A stretch of 64,000 nt of DNA from Armatimonadota bacterium (GCA_039811685.1 JBDHZC010000002.1:320001-384000), one strand, 5' to 3'; positions 1 through 9,364 are shown, counted from the first letter of the stretch. Numbers and translations are program-made. The notes: a model not told the origin generated them from the sequence alone.

Positions 1-338
1 AGAGCTTGCGCGGGCGTCACCTTCGCGTGAGTCAGACCGGTGGACCGTGCGGACCGTGCAGACTTGATCAACCTTAGCGAGCGCTGAGCCGCCAGTGTAC
101 CCTCAAAGCGAGCCACTCTGTCTGTAACGAGCGCGTGGGCCGCGGGCGCGGAATACAAGCCATCCGGCACGCTGACAGCAAACTCCAGAGACCCCTCAAT
201 GGGAGTGTCATGGTTGTTGCGGATGGTGAGCACGGGCTCAGCAGTTGCCGAGTTCGCCGGTGGAAGCACGGCAGCGCCAGTTGCGCTGAACACAACAGCG
301 GCGGCGAAGAGCTGTATAGAACGGTGTGAGAAAAGCAT
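1..338 (-). CDS. Secreted hypothetical protein, N-terminal part (runs off window start)
   Basis: Not in the ORF track. Read manually from ATG at 338: MLFSHRSIQLFAAAVVFSATGAAVLPPANSATAEPVLTIRNNHDTPIEGSLEF..., open to base 1. Signal-peptide-like N-terminus; sigma70 promoter directly upstream. Confidence 0.75.
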   Translation of the reverse strand, partial: MLFSHRSIQLFAAAVVFSATGAAVLPPANSATAEPVLTIRNNHDTPIEGSLEFAVSVPDGLYSAPAAHALVTDRVARFEGTLAAQRSLRLIKSARSARSTGLTHAKVTPAQA

Positions 339-354
339 GGTTGCTCGTGTAACC
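339..354. promoter_or_regulatory. Putative LacI-family operator, copy 1 (GGTTACACGAGCAACC on - strand)
   Basis: Imperfect palindrome with central CG, between the -10 box and the start codon; matches three other copies in the locus. Confidence 0.7.
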
Positions 355-364
355 TCGTGCGCTC

Positions 365-393
365 ATCGTAATGGTTGGGAGCCAAACTGTCAA
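365..393 (-). promoter_or_regulatory. Sigma70-type promoter TTGACA-17-TACGAT
   Basis: -35 at 393-388, -10 at 370-365, 17-nt spacer, upstream of the partial CDS. Confidence 0.7.
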
Positions 394-459
394 GGGTTTC
401 TGCGCTGCGCTCGGAGCTTCCTTGTTCAAAGATGAATCTGTGTCGCCTCTGACAGACAC

Positions 460-490
460 GAGGCCCTCCGAGATGAACTCGGAGGGCCTC
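460..490 (-). terminator. Stem-loop after the PEP-CTERM gene (probable terminator)
   Basis: GAGGCCCTCCGAG-atgaa-CTCGGAGGGCCTC, perfect 13-bp stem about 65 nt past the stop; no strong U-tract. Confidence 0.55.
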
Positions 491-554
491 GCATTAGTGT
501 AGCTCAACTGCGGCACGCAGTCTCACTGTTCTCGAAGGAGTATGAGAAGCAACA

Positions 555-1433
555 CTACTTTCGCCTGACGCGCAGCCTCAAGAGACCGCCAAGGCCGAGC
601 GCCAGGACTGTGAGAGAAGTCGGCTCCGGTACGATGGTGTTGCTCCACTCAGGATGCTCACCAGGGCCGTAGCCGATCCAGTCAAGATAAAACTCGCCCA
701 TCGACAACCGCGGAGACGAACCGATGGTGAGCCCATCCAGTCCGGGAGTGCCACCCAGAGCGCTTTCCGTCGCAGAGTTGTTGGACGCGTTGTTGATGAT
801 CAACGTACCGTCGCGATAGACGTCGAATTTGTATCCGTAGTCGCGCGCAACGATAGTGTAGATATGGTAACCGGTATTATCCAGTCCGGTGACTTCCGCT
901 CCTGGTCCGGTGACCAGGCCGACGGTCGTCGTGACAACCGCGAGTTTGTCTGGCCTAATGGCAAAACCAATACCGCGGCGTGCGCGAGAGCCGTCCTGCG
1001 CGAAGCTGAGGATGACACTGCGCGTATATTTGGTGTCCGCAAAGCCGGGTGCGCTGGCATCTCCTGTGCGCATACGAAACACAGCAGTCGCAGTTCCAGC
1101 GGTCTCGTTGGGATCAGAGCGAAAGTCACCCGCAGCCGTCGTTGTGCGCAGCCAGGCGCTATTGCCGACAGAATCGTCAGTAGGATCCTCATCAAGAATC
1201 TGAAGCGCCTGCCCCATGCTGGCGCTGGCATCCGCCACGGGGCCGGATGCTGCGTCCACCACCGTGCCGGAGCCCGTTTTGTCCACCCAGTCAGACGAGG
1301 CTTTGATGTCTTCACCCTGAATGACGTACGGCGCAGCTTGGACACGCGAAGAAAGCAGTACACCGCTAAAAGCAGTGTAGAGCAGCCCGAGACTCATCAG
1401 GCCGCGGAAAACTCCTTTGTTCATCTTTTTCAC
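555..1433 (-). CDS. PEP-CTERM sorting domain protein, ConA/LamG-like beta-sandwich
   Basis: Signal peptide; C-terminal VPEPTSLTVLALGLGGLLRLRVRRK (PEP, TM helix, basic tail); lectin-like pattern YHIYTIV...FDVYRDG...LTIGS...FYLDWI. Confidence 0.9.
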   Translation of the reverse strand: MKKMNKGVFRGLMSLGLLYTAFSGVLLSSRVQAAPYVIQGEDIKASSDWVDKTGSGTVVDAASGPVADASASMGQALQILDEDPTDDSVGNSAWLRTTTAAGDFRSDPNETAGTATAVFRMRTGDASAPGFADTKYTRSVILSFAQDGSRARRGIGFAIRPDKLAVVTTTVGLVTGPGAEVTGLDNTGYHIYTIVARDYGYKFDVYRDGTLIINNASNNSATESALGGTPGLDGLTIGSSPRLSMGEFYLDWIGYGPGEHPEWSNTIVPEPTSLTVLALGLGGLLRLRVRRK

Positions 1434-1557
1434 CTTCCAGAATAGATTGGCATTGCACTCCTCTTTAGCCGGGAGCCTGACAACACCGCGACAGTGTGGA
1501 TCGAGCCTACCTCACAGCGGCCTTCCAGCATCGCGTGCAACCGGGAGCAGAGCGCCA

Positions 1558-1573
1558 AGTTACACGTGTCACT
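1558..1573. promoter_or_regulatory. Putative LacI-family operator, copy 2 (AGTTACACGTGTCACT)
   Basis: Near-perfect 16-bp palindrome in the divergent intergenic region upstream of the PEP-CTERM gene. Confidence 0.7.
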
Positions 1574-1667
1574 GAATTAGAATAACACGTCGAGTAAAAT
1601 TCTACAACTGGTAATTTTGCTAAAACGAAAATCTGAAGCCAGACACTTTGCCTGTGAAAGAAGATGC

Positions 1668-1697
1668 TTGACATGGCCCTCATCTGAATGGCACTAT
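1668..1697 (+). promoter_or_regulatory. Sigma70-type promoter TTGACA-18-CACTAT (TG extension)
   Basis: -35 at 1668-1673, -10 at 1692-1697; operator copy 3 follows immediately. Confidence 0.55.
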
Positions 1698-1699
1698 TG

Positions 1700-1715
1700 G
1701 CTTACACGAGTAACC
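1700..1715. promoter_or_regulatory. Putative LacI-family operator, copy 3 (GCTTACACGAGTAACC)
   Basis: Overlaps the predicted transcription start of the glycoside hydrolase operon. Confidence 0.7.
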
Positions 1716-1923
1716 TGCAAGGCAGGCGAACACCGCTGCGCCGATTGTAGAGGTCGGCTTATGGCGTCGGTAGCGCCACGCAATCCTGACCACGGCGACA
1801 CTGTTGGAAATCTGGCCGCAGGTTGGTGATGGGAAGGCAGGGGCAAATGGTGGAGGAATTGTGTTTGCCCAGGCGCATAAGCGCTCTGAGGGAGATGGTC
1901 TTGACAGAGAGGGAGACGTGCAA

Positions 1924-3738
1924 ATGATGACGTGGAGCGCACTGGTTGTGCTGGGGGTTTTGCTCATGAGTTCTGCCGCGCTGGGGCTACCCGAGATTGA
2001 CGGCTACCCGGGCATGTTGCCGGACGGGCGTCCGTTCATCGCGACGATGTATTACGAGCGCTTCTACGACTACCCTGCCGAGGACGACCTGCTGGATAGA
2101 GACATTGCGGACGTCGCAGACAGGGGATGGACAGTAGCCTTCACTGACTACATTCACCTGTCGCTGGGACCGGTCTGGGACCGCTACTATCAGCAGGCTG
2201 GCAAGAATCACCTCTACGTCCTGCCCAATCAATGGAACGCCGCCTTCCACGCCGGAGGAGACTTCTTCTCACGTGTCACCCTGCCAGTGACGGAGACCGG
2301 AGAAGGGCCCACCGGTTTTTGTATCGGCTGCAATCTGCGCTACAACGACTCCACGTTCTCGCGTGTCATGGTCGAGTACCAGTCGCAGGTGCTGGATCGC
2401 TATATCAAAGATCCGGCCTACACGCGCATTATGGGACGCGATGGCAAGCTGCATCCGGTGATGATCGTTATTTATGAAACGGGGATGACAGACTACGATG
2501 GGCACTGGATAGACTACTCCGAAGGCTCAAAAGAGGCCTGGCGGCGCTACCAGAAGGACACTCTCGGGGAAGTCAAGTGGCAGGAACCGCCAAAGAGTAC
2601 GGACACGGGCCAGCTCGACGCGCTGATAAGCTGGAACGATTTCCGGGCTGAAGACCTGAGCACCGGTTGGAGCCGCGTGTCGCGCGGCCTGAAACAGCGC
2701 TACCCGGACCTCTATACTATGGTCATCTTCCGCCAGCATGGCCTGCTGGAAGGATCAAAAAGCGGCGTGGATGCGGGCGGCATCGGACACAGAGCCATTC
2801 GCCCGGAGCTGTGGGACTCTTTTGACATCATTGGGAGCGAGCACGACGGCGACGACGGCATAGAATACGTGCTGGCCGAAGCCGACCTCATCAAGTCCGC
2901 TGCGGGGGGCCGGATGGGCGCACTGGATTACTACCTGGACTCCGGCTACAAGGCTTACACGGCCAGGCCCGTTGAGTTCCACCGTCCGTGGGGGCAGTCT
3001 GAGATGTTGGGCGTTGTGGCGCTGCGGGGGCTTCTCGCGATGCATTACGGATATAACGAGCGCGACGACCGGGCGGGAATTGCCGCAACTGGAAGGCGTG
3101 AAAGAGGCGCGGAGTTGTGGCAGAAGGCAGCCTGCGAAGAAGCCAAAGAGGCCAACTTCGAGTTTCAGAAGGTCGCCTCATACGTGTACGCCGCTTCGCC
3201 TGCCCCGAGAAAAGCCGCTATCGTTATGCCTTATGAAGCCTACTCTGTGTGCGCTAACGACGAGTTGCCCCTCGACAAAAAGCTGGTAGCGCTGCACCAG
3301 ATCTTTCAGAAGGCAGATGTGCCGGTGGACTGGGTTTTTTCCAGCGCAAAAAAGCTGGAGGATTACAAGCTTCTGATTGTCCCGCAGGCCCGCTATTCGC
3401 CCCGGTTCCAAGGGCTGTTAGAACAGGCAAAGGCGGGCGGAATGAAAATAGTCACAGTTCCGTTTCCCGCACAGCCCGAGGACGGTCTGGCACAGGTGCG
3501 AAAGGCCGTGCAGAGCCTGTGTGGCCAGCTGCGCACGAGTGAGTTTGCCCCCACAGCAGACGTGGAAAGCGGTACACTGGAAGGGATAGACTACACGGTT
3601 ACGGTAGTTGTCAACCACGGTGCGAAACCGGTTAGCTACGATGTGGACAATGCGACAGTCTTTCCTGCGCACTGGCTGAAGGGCAGGCAGCTGTCGGTTC
3701 CGGCGCATCGAAGCGCCTATTTGATTCGACGAAAGTGA
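1924..3738 (+). CDS. Secreted glycoside hydrolase-like protein (GH-A/GH42-like TIM barrel plus GATase-like trimerisation domain)
   Basis: Signal peptide MMTWSALVVLGVLLMSSAALG after a GAGGGAG RBS; GH42-like segments W.RY...WNDFR; C-terminal KAAIVMP...VPVDWV...LEDYKLLIVP pattern. Confidence 0.6.
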   Translation: MMTWSALVVLGVLLMSSAALGLPEIDGYPGMLPDGRPFIATMYYERFYDYPAEDDLLDRDIADVADRGWTVAFTDYIHLSLGPVWDRYYQQAGKNHLYVLPNQWNAAFHAGGDFFSRVTLPVTETGEGPTGFCIGCNLRYNDSTFSRVMVEYQSQVLDRYIKDPAYTRIMGRDGKLHPVMIVIYETGMTDYDGHWIDYSEGSKEAWRRYQKDTLGEVKWQEPPKSTDTGQLDALISWNDFRAEDLSTGWSRVSRGLKQRYPDLYTMVIFRQHGLLEGSKSGVDAGGIGHRAIRPELWDSFDIIGSEHDGDDGIEYVLAEADLIKSAAGGRMGALDYYLDSGYKAYTARPVEFHRPWGQSEMLGVVALRGLLAMHYGYNERDDRAGIAATGRRERGAELWQKAACEEAKEANFEFQKVASYVYAASPAPRKAAIVMPYEAYSVCANDELPLDKKLVALHQIFQKADVPVDWVFSSAKKLEDYKLLIVPQARYSPRFQGLLEQAKAGGMKIVTVPFPAQPEDGLAQVRKAVQSLCGQLRTSEFAPTADVESGTLEGIDYTVTVVVNHGAKPVSYDVDNATVFPAHWLKGRQLSVPAHRSAYLIRRK

Positions 3739-3745
3739 GACGGGA

Positions 3746-5299
3746 ATGAAGACGGTTTTTCGAACAGCGCTGCTAGGTCTGGCAACACTGGTTATAGCCA
3801 CGGCCTCCGGCGTGGCTCTGGCCGCGCCTCAACCGCTCCGAATCAACCTGACGGATAGCGACGGCAATCCCATCTCGAAGGAAAACATCCGCCGATTTCA
3901 CTGTCGCGACATGTCCGATGAACCGATCGTCACGCGTGTGACACTCAAAAATGGACAGGCTGTCATCGAGTTACCTGCTGAGCCGATACAGGTGTGCACG
4001 CTGTTCGTGGTCCCTGGCTTTGGCGAAGTGGACGTCTATGCAGACAACAGCGGCAAAGGATTCTCCACAGCCAACACAGTGGATTTTGTCGCAGAGGCGG
4101 CAAAGACACGGCGAGAACGAGTCATCAAAGCGGTAAAGGAGGCGAAGCGGGAGCTGTGTCCCATCCCTTCGGCGGTAGAGAAGGCGATCAGCGAATCTGA
4201 AAAACTGGAGCCGTACCCGGCGCTGGCCAGACTGCTCACTGCGGGGGAAGAGATGACGCTTGCCCGGGCCAGATATCGGATTTCGAGGTACGATGGGCCG
4301 AGACAGGGCTTTCTCTTCGGGGCAAACGCTTTCGGCTATCCGGGGCGCGGCCCTGAATATGAGCGGCGGTTCAAAGAGCTGTTCAACTACGGCACTGCCA
4401 ATCTCTACCTCACCGACTACGCTCCCAGCCCGGATAAGCGCAACTTCTCGCTGGCCGACGCGCAGGTTGAGTGGCTCAGATCGAACGCAATGGCAGCCAA
4501 GACCTGTCCGCCGCTTTACTTCGCCCGCTCAGTCAGCCCGGAGTGGATGAAAAACAAGCAGTGGGCCCAGACTGAGAAAACGTGTCACGATCTGATGCTG
4601 GAGGTTACAGAGCGCTACAAAGGCAGGGTTGTGACGTGTGAGATCGTGAATGAGGCCCACGACCTTTCAAATGGTTTGAACCTGACGCAGGACCAGCTTG
4701 TGCGTCTTGCAGACGTGTCCGCCAGAGCGGTTCGTGAAGCCGATCCGAACGTATTGCGCGTCATCAACTGCACCCATCTCTGGGCGGACTACGCATCGAG
4801 GCTTACGAGCGCAGGGCTGAAACGCCGGTCCCCGTACCGCTATCTCAAGGAGTGCATAGACGCAGGCGTGAAATTTGAGATCGTCGGGTTGCAGATGTAC
4901 TATCCACAGTTTGATCTACTGGAGATCGACAGGATGCTGGAGCGCTACGCCTCACTGGGCAAACCCATTCACATCACAGAGATGGCGTGCTCCTCAGCGC
5001 CAGGACTGGACCCGAACGCCCAGCGCCAGGCGGCGACTGCCGGCTGGCACGGGCCGTGGACGGAGGACATGCAGGCAGACTGGATTGTCGCGGCCTACAC
5101 TCTTTTCTACAGCAAGCCCTATATCGGCGCGGTCTCTTACTGGGATCTGCCGGACATCGGCTGCTTCTGGCCTTACGGCGGCATGCTCAGAGGCGATCTC
5201 TCGCCAAAGCCGTCCTATACGCGGCTTCAGAGCTTAATCCGCAGTTGGGGCTATCATTACCTCGACCCGAAGAAAAGCACCTCGACTCCGGCGCAATAA
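3746..5299 (+). CDS. Secreted GH10-family (endo-xylanase-like) glycoside hydrolase with an extra N-terminal domain
   Basis: Signal peptide; acid/base motif EIVNEA; nucleophile motif PIHITEM; C-terminal YWD...GMLRGDLSPKPSY. Confidence 0.8.
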   Translation: MKTVFRTALLGLATLVIATASGVALAAPQPLRINLTDSDGNPISKENIRRFHCRDMSDEPIVTRVTLKNGQAVIELPAEPIQVCTLFVVPGFGEVDVYADNSGKGFSTANTVDFVAEAAKTRRERVIKAVKEAKRELCPIPSAVEKAISESEKLEPYPALARLLTAGEEMTLARARYRISRYDGPRQGFLFGANAFGYPGRGPEYERRFKELFNYGTANLYLTDYAPSPDKRNFSLADAQVEWLRSNAMAAKTCPPLYFARSVSPEWMKNKQWAQTEKTCHDLMLEVTERYKGRVVTCEIVNEAHDLSNGLNLTQDQLVRLADVSARAVREADPNVLRVINCTHLWADYASRLTSAGLKRRSPYRYLKECIDAGVKFEIVGLQMYYPQFDLLEIDRMLERYASLGKPIHITEMACSSAPGLDPNAQRQAATAGWHGPWTEDMQADWIVAAYTLFYSKPYIGAVSYWDLPDIGCFWPYGGMLRGDLSPKPSYTRLQSLIRSWGYHYLDPKKSTSTPAQ

Positions 5300-5323
5300 C
5301 AGTCAGAAAAATTGCGATTTTGA

Positions 5324-5354
5324 TTGACAATCAGCGGGGCGAATGGTATAAAAT
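5324..5354 (+). promoter_or_regulatory. Strong sigma70-type promoter TTGACA-17-(TG)TATAAA(AT)
   Basis: -35 at 5324-5329; extended -10 at 5344-5352. Confidence 0.7.
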
Positions 5355-5474
5355 GGATAAGGCTAGGTGCCAGCGCGGGCGATGACAGAGACGTTAGTCC
5401 TCTGCTCCCGCGAAACCCACAAGACTGTTGAGACCATCGACGAAAACTTGGACGATTTTCTGGTTTGTCTCGTA

Positions 5475-5490
5475 AGTTACACGAGTAACC
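5475..5490. promoter_or_regulatory. Putative LacI-family operator, copy 4 (AGTTACACGAGTAACC)
   Basis: 14-nt core identical to copy 3; lies in the leader of the 900-aa secreted protein. Confidence 0.7.
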
Positions 5491-5632
5491 ATAGAGTTGA
5501 CTAAGCTGGAAGCTAGCTAAATTGTGGCTCGAAGGTTCCTGGCGTCGTGAATATAACTGAGATCGGAGCGCCACCGCAGAGTGTGCGTCCGCAGCCTGGT
5601 GACAAATGTTGGCCTCGAGAGGAGGATTCGCT

Positions 5633-8308
5633 TTGAAAAGGAGATTTGTTGGAGCAATGACCGCAGCGCTCGTTACAGGCGCTGTTGTCGGAAGCGCAGG
5701 CGTCAGCTTTGCGCTGGGAACTGCAAATTTGGAGTGGTTCGCACAGCTCAATTTGCAGGGTGACACCGGCTCTTACGTGACAAGAGGCATGGACGTGGAT
5801 CAGACCAACGGTGACGTCTATGCGACCATCGAGATGGGGACGACGCGCCAGATCGTGAAGATCCCGTGGACCGGAAATCCCGGCGGGTCACTGGCGCCGG
5901 AGCAACTTACGCGCTTTGGTCCTAACTTCAAGGACAGCGGAGGCAATACGCAGCTCAGCCTCAGCGGCGGACTCTGGGGCGTCGCTATTGACCCGAAGAC
6001 CAAGAACATGTACGTGTCCTGCAGCATCGGCTCTCCCGCTGTGGGGGAAGTTCATGTTGTGAGTCCGTCAGGAGTCTGGCTGAGCAAGTTTGTCACAGAC
6101 GGCATTACAGCGCGTGGCTGCGCTTTCAGTGACGACGGAATGAAATTTGCGGTATCGTGGAACAAAGCTGCGCACCCTTATGATAGCGGCGCCAAGCTCT
6201 ACACTCGGAACCTCAATGGAACCCCCTCTGATTTCAGCGACGACACATGGGACTTCGCGGCTGACCTGGTGGGATTTGGCGATTACGCAGGGATTGGAGA
6301 CAACTACGAGTTTACGTCATCTCCGCGCGATGTCGCATTCGACCGAAACGGAGATGTACTCGTCTGCGGAGCGGACTACTGGATACTGCGCTACTCCGGA
6401 AGCGCGCCGTACAAACTCGCCGCACAGTACAACATCTCAGACAAGCGCGTCACCAGCCGCTACGCTGTGGACACAGACTCCCAGAACCGCATGTTTGTCG
6501 TAGCTAATACGGATGGAGACGGCGTGCGCCGCGTGTGGGCAGTGAACCGGGACAGCGTGCCCGAGCTGAAGTTTTCTACTGTCGATCTCGGCAGCAATAT
6601 TGATACCGGCTACAGCCTTGCCTACGACAGGCTGCATGACCGGGTGATTGTCACTGGCAAAGACTCCACAAGTCTCTATGCGGTGGCCGCAAGCTTCTCC
6701 TTTACCCTGGAGACTCCACAGCTCACACATATCACTGGCAGAATCACTGACGCTTCGACAGGCAACCCGATTGCGGGCGCGGGCGTTGGCTACATTGAGT
6801 ACAACCTGCCCAGCACTTATCTGACGCGGATATTCCGGGGCGCCAAGGAGTTCTCCGGTGTGACCAATGCCAATGGTGAGTATTCACTCGCAGTGCCCCC
6901 GCTTGACACCAGCGGCGCGGACATTCCTGAGGCGTGCATCGTCAGCGTCAACGCAAACGGTTATCTTTCGAAGCGCGTACACCTGCAACCTCTCGCTGGC
7001 GATACAGTTGTCAATGCGACGTTGAGCGCGATTGGATCGAACACCCTCACATGGAACAGCCTGGCGCCGATGCCTGGGGACACGACCGGCCGGTACAGAG
7101 TCGGTGAAGAGAGTGGCCTGTTCAACCAGTTCAACCGCTACGGCGGGCGCGTGACACCTATGCCCGACCCTAATGGCGGAGCTTTCAATGTTACGCAGAT
7201 TGGCGCCAGCAACAACACGAGTGTCTCGGGCCCCAGCGGCAACAATATGCGCAGCGCAGACCGGTCGCTGGACAACTATCTGAACTTCAATGTGGATGAC
7301 AACTGGCTCTACCGCGGGTCACCTACCGACACGGTCTGGATCACTGTTGAGTATCTGGACACCTCCACCGCCGCGGCGGGATGGGACGCGCTCGGTGTGC
7401 ATGGAGATTTCACCTTGCAGGATGCGTCACTGTGGGCAAGCCCTATCGGTGACATCTACAAGAGCGCTCCGCAGTCCAACAGCTACAAGACGCGCACTTT
7501 CAAAGCGACAAAGGTCAGCTTCGCAAATGCGATGGGTGACAGTCTGCTTGGTAAGTCCGACATTGATGCTGATTTCCGAGTCACTGCCTACAAGCAGTAT
7601 GACTATACGAACAATCTCTACCCGCCGGAAGTCGGTCCTGACTGGATCAAGAGCGTAAAAGTCTCCAAGACAGAGCCTGCGCCGGAAGCCGGAAGCTACA
7701 GCAGCATTGCAGCCGCCAAAGCGGCGTCCGGGGACGTGATTCTGAGCGGAAAGGTCATTACAGCTCAGTGGGGCGCCGATACACCAAACAAAATCCAGAA
7801 TGGCAACCGGCTGTACCTTGAAGAGCAGGATCGCAGCTCCGGTGTGCAGGTGAGGCTCTTCCAGCCCTGGACGTCACTGGATCTCCGCGTGAACCGCTTT
7901 GCCAAGATCTACGGATCGATGATGACGGACCCTGCAACGGGAGAAAAGTACATCCAGGCGAACTCCTGGAGTGACGACCCGTTCACACTTCCAGATCCGC
8001 TGATGGCGCTGTGGGCTAACGGACGAGACGCAAGCCGTGTGGATGTGGGACTGAGTATGACAGCCCACAAAGTGGCCATTGCAGGCACGGTGAGACAGGT
8101 TGACAGTGGATCCTTCACTGTCGATGACGGATCTGACATCGTCAAAGTGGTGATTGACCCGTCCCTGACCGTTATCTACCCCGGAGTGGGAGACGTGGTA
8201 TCGGTAGAAGGCATCGCCACACTTGAAGGCTCTTCGCCGGCCAACGCGGTTCGCATAGTCAAACCGTGGAGCGCCAGCAACATCGTTACAATCGTGGACA
8301 ACCCGTAA
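5633..8308 (+). CDS. Large secreted modular protein: beta-propeller, carboxypeptidase-regulatory-like Ig domain, CBM-like domain, C-terminal OB-fold-like pair
   Basis: TTG start after AGGAGG; signal peptide; propeller repeats (GMDVDQTNGDVY, GVAIDPKTKNMYV, DVAFDRNGDVLV, AVDTDSQNRMFV); ITGRITDASTGNPIAGA...TNANGEYSL; tail YLEEQDRSSGVQV...FTVDDGS...VGDVVSVEG. Confidence 0.8.
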   Translation: MKRRFVGAMTAALVTGAVVGSAGVSFALGTANLEWFAQLNLQGDTGSYVTRGMDVDQTNGDVYATIEMGTTRQIVKIPWTGNPGGSLAPEQLTRFGPNFKDSGGNTQLSLSGGLWGVAIDPKTKNMYVSCSIGSPAVGEVHVVSPSGVWLSKFVTDGITARGCAFSDDGMKFAVSWNKAAHPYDSGAKLYTRNLNGTPSDFSDDTWDFAADLVGFGDYAGIGDNYEFTSSPRDVAFDRNGDVLVCGADYWILRYSGSAPYKLAAQYNISDKRVTSRYAVDTDSQNRMFVVANTDGDGVRRVWAVNRDSVPELKFSTVDLGSNIDTGYSLAYDRLHDRVIVTGKDSTSLYAVAASFSFTLETPQLTHITGRITDASTGNPIAGAGVGYIEYNLPSTYLTRIFRGAKEFSGVTNANGEYSLAVPPLDTSGADIPEACIVSVNANGYLSKRVHLQPLAGDTVVNATLSAIGSNTLTWNSLAPMPGDTTGRYRVGEESGLFNQFNRYGGRVTPMPDPNGGAFNVTQIGASNNTSVSGPSGNNMRSADRSLDNYLNFNVDDNWLYRGSPTDTVWITVEYLDTSTAAAGWDALGVHGDFTLQDASLWASPIGDIYKSAPQSNSYKTRTFKATKVSFANAMGDSLLGKSDIDADFRVTAYKQYDYTNNLYPPEVGPDWIKSVKVSKTEPAPEAGSYSSIAAAKAASGDVILSGKVITAQWGADTPNKIQNGNRLYLEEQDRSSGVQVRLFQPWTSLDLRVNRFAKIYGSMMTDPATGEKYIQANSWSDDPFTLPDPLMALWANGRDASRVDVGLSMTAHKVAIAGTVRQVDSGSFTVDDGSDIVKVVIDPSLTVIYPGVGDVVSVEGIATLEGSSPANAVRIVKPWSASNIVTIVDNP

Positions 8309-8321
8309 ACGCCAGAGCAAA

Positions 8322-8361
8322 GGAGGGAGACACTGCGTGGCGGTGTCTCCCTCCACCTTTT
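8322..8361 (+). terminator. Rho-independent terminator
   Basis: GGAGGGAGACAC-tgcgtggcg-GTGTCTCCCTCC followed by ACCTTTT. Confidence 0.75.
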
Positions 8362-8614
8362 GCATTACGGAAGTAAAACACCAGGCCTTAGTTGAATTGC
8401 TACGAATAGACTGAAACGGGCACATTGACCTGAGTTTTTTGAATTTTGAGAACTCGACCAATGCAGATTGGAGTTCTATTGGCGACGTGGTGGACGCAGT
8501 GCGTGAAAGCTCACCCGTCGGAAGTTCTTCGGCAACAAAACTGGTGAGGTTATTGCGAAAATGATACGGTCAATCCAAAGTCGGATCGCCTCCACAGAAG
8601 GAGACGAACACACA

Positions 8615-9364
8615 GTGAGAAAGCAGTCAGGCTTTACCCTGATCGAGCTTCTGGTCGTCATTGCGATCATTGCCATTCTTGCGGCTATTCTCTTTCCAGT
8701 CTTTGCGATGGCCAGAAACAAGGCCAAAGAAACCCGCTGCATCAACAATCTCAAACAGATTGGTCTGGCAATGGGGATGTACACGGACGACTACAAAGGT
8801 AAGTATCCGGATGCGCCCGGATGCCAGCCCTACGTCGGTACTCCGCCGCTTGGAGTACAACTTGAATCCTACTCCACTGAGGCCTCTGGAAACGCATCCA
8901 TCGCAGGTCTGATTGTGCTTCTTGGACCCTATACAAAGAACGACCAGATATTCACCTGTCCGCTCGGTGCGAAAAGAGCGCTAAACCAGGCTAAGTGCTC
9001 TTATCCCGGGAAGGGCAACGGCACTATCGTGGGCTGGGTCAAGAACTCCAGTGGGCAGTGGGTGTCCAGCAACTACGTGTCTTACGCGCTGCAGGTTGGC
9101 AAGAACGCTGACGGGACAGTCGGCCTGGGGTATGTGCGCGGTTGGACTCCAGAGCAGGCAATGGATGCGTGGGGACAGCTTTATACCCCGCCAAATGGAC
9201 AGATGTGGCTGCAGGGCCATCACCAGCCCCTGTGGAACAACCGCTTCATTTACGATGGGTACTTGCCGGGCAGCTCCTGGCACGCACATCGCGGCGGAAT
9301 GACGATCCTGTATTTTGACCTGCACGTGAAATACGTTAAGGACTACAGACCAGAGCCGGGTTAA
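8615..9364 (+). CDS. Prepilin-type N-terminal cleavage/methylation (DUF1559-like) protein 1
   Basis: GTG start after [46 protein letters not shown]-terminal H-X9-DL ([15 protein letters not shown]). Confidence 0.9.
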   Translation: MRKQSGFTLIELLVVIAIIAILAAILFPVFAMARNKAKETRCINNLKQIGLAMGMYTDDYKGKYPDAPGCQPYVGTPPLGVQLESYSTEASGNASIAGLIVLLGPYTKNDQIFTCPLGAKRALNQAKCSYPGKGNGTIVGWVKNSSGQWVSSNYVSYALQVGKNADGTVGLGYVRGWTPEQAMDAWGQLYTPPNGQMWLQGHHQPLWNNRFIYDGYLPGSSWHAHRGGMTILYFDLHVKYVKDYRPEPG

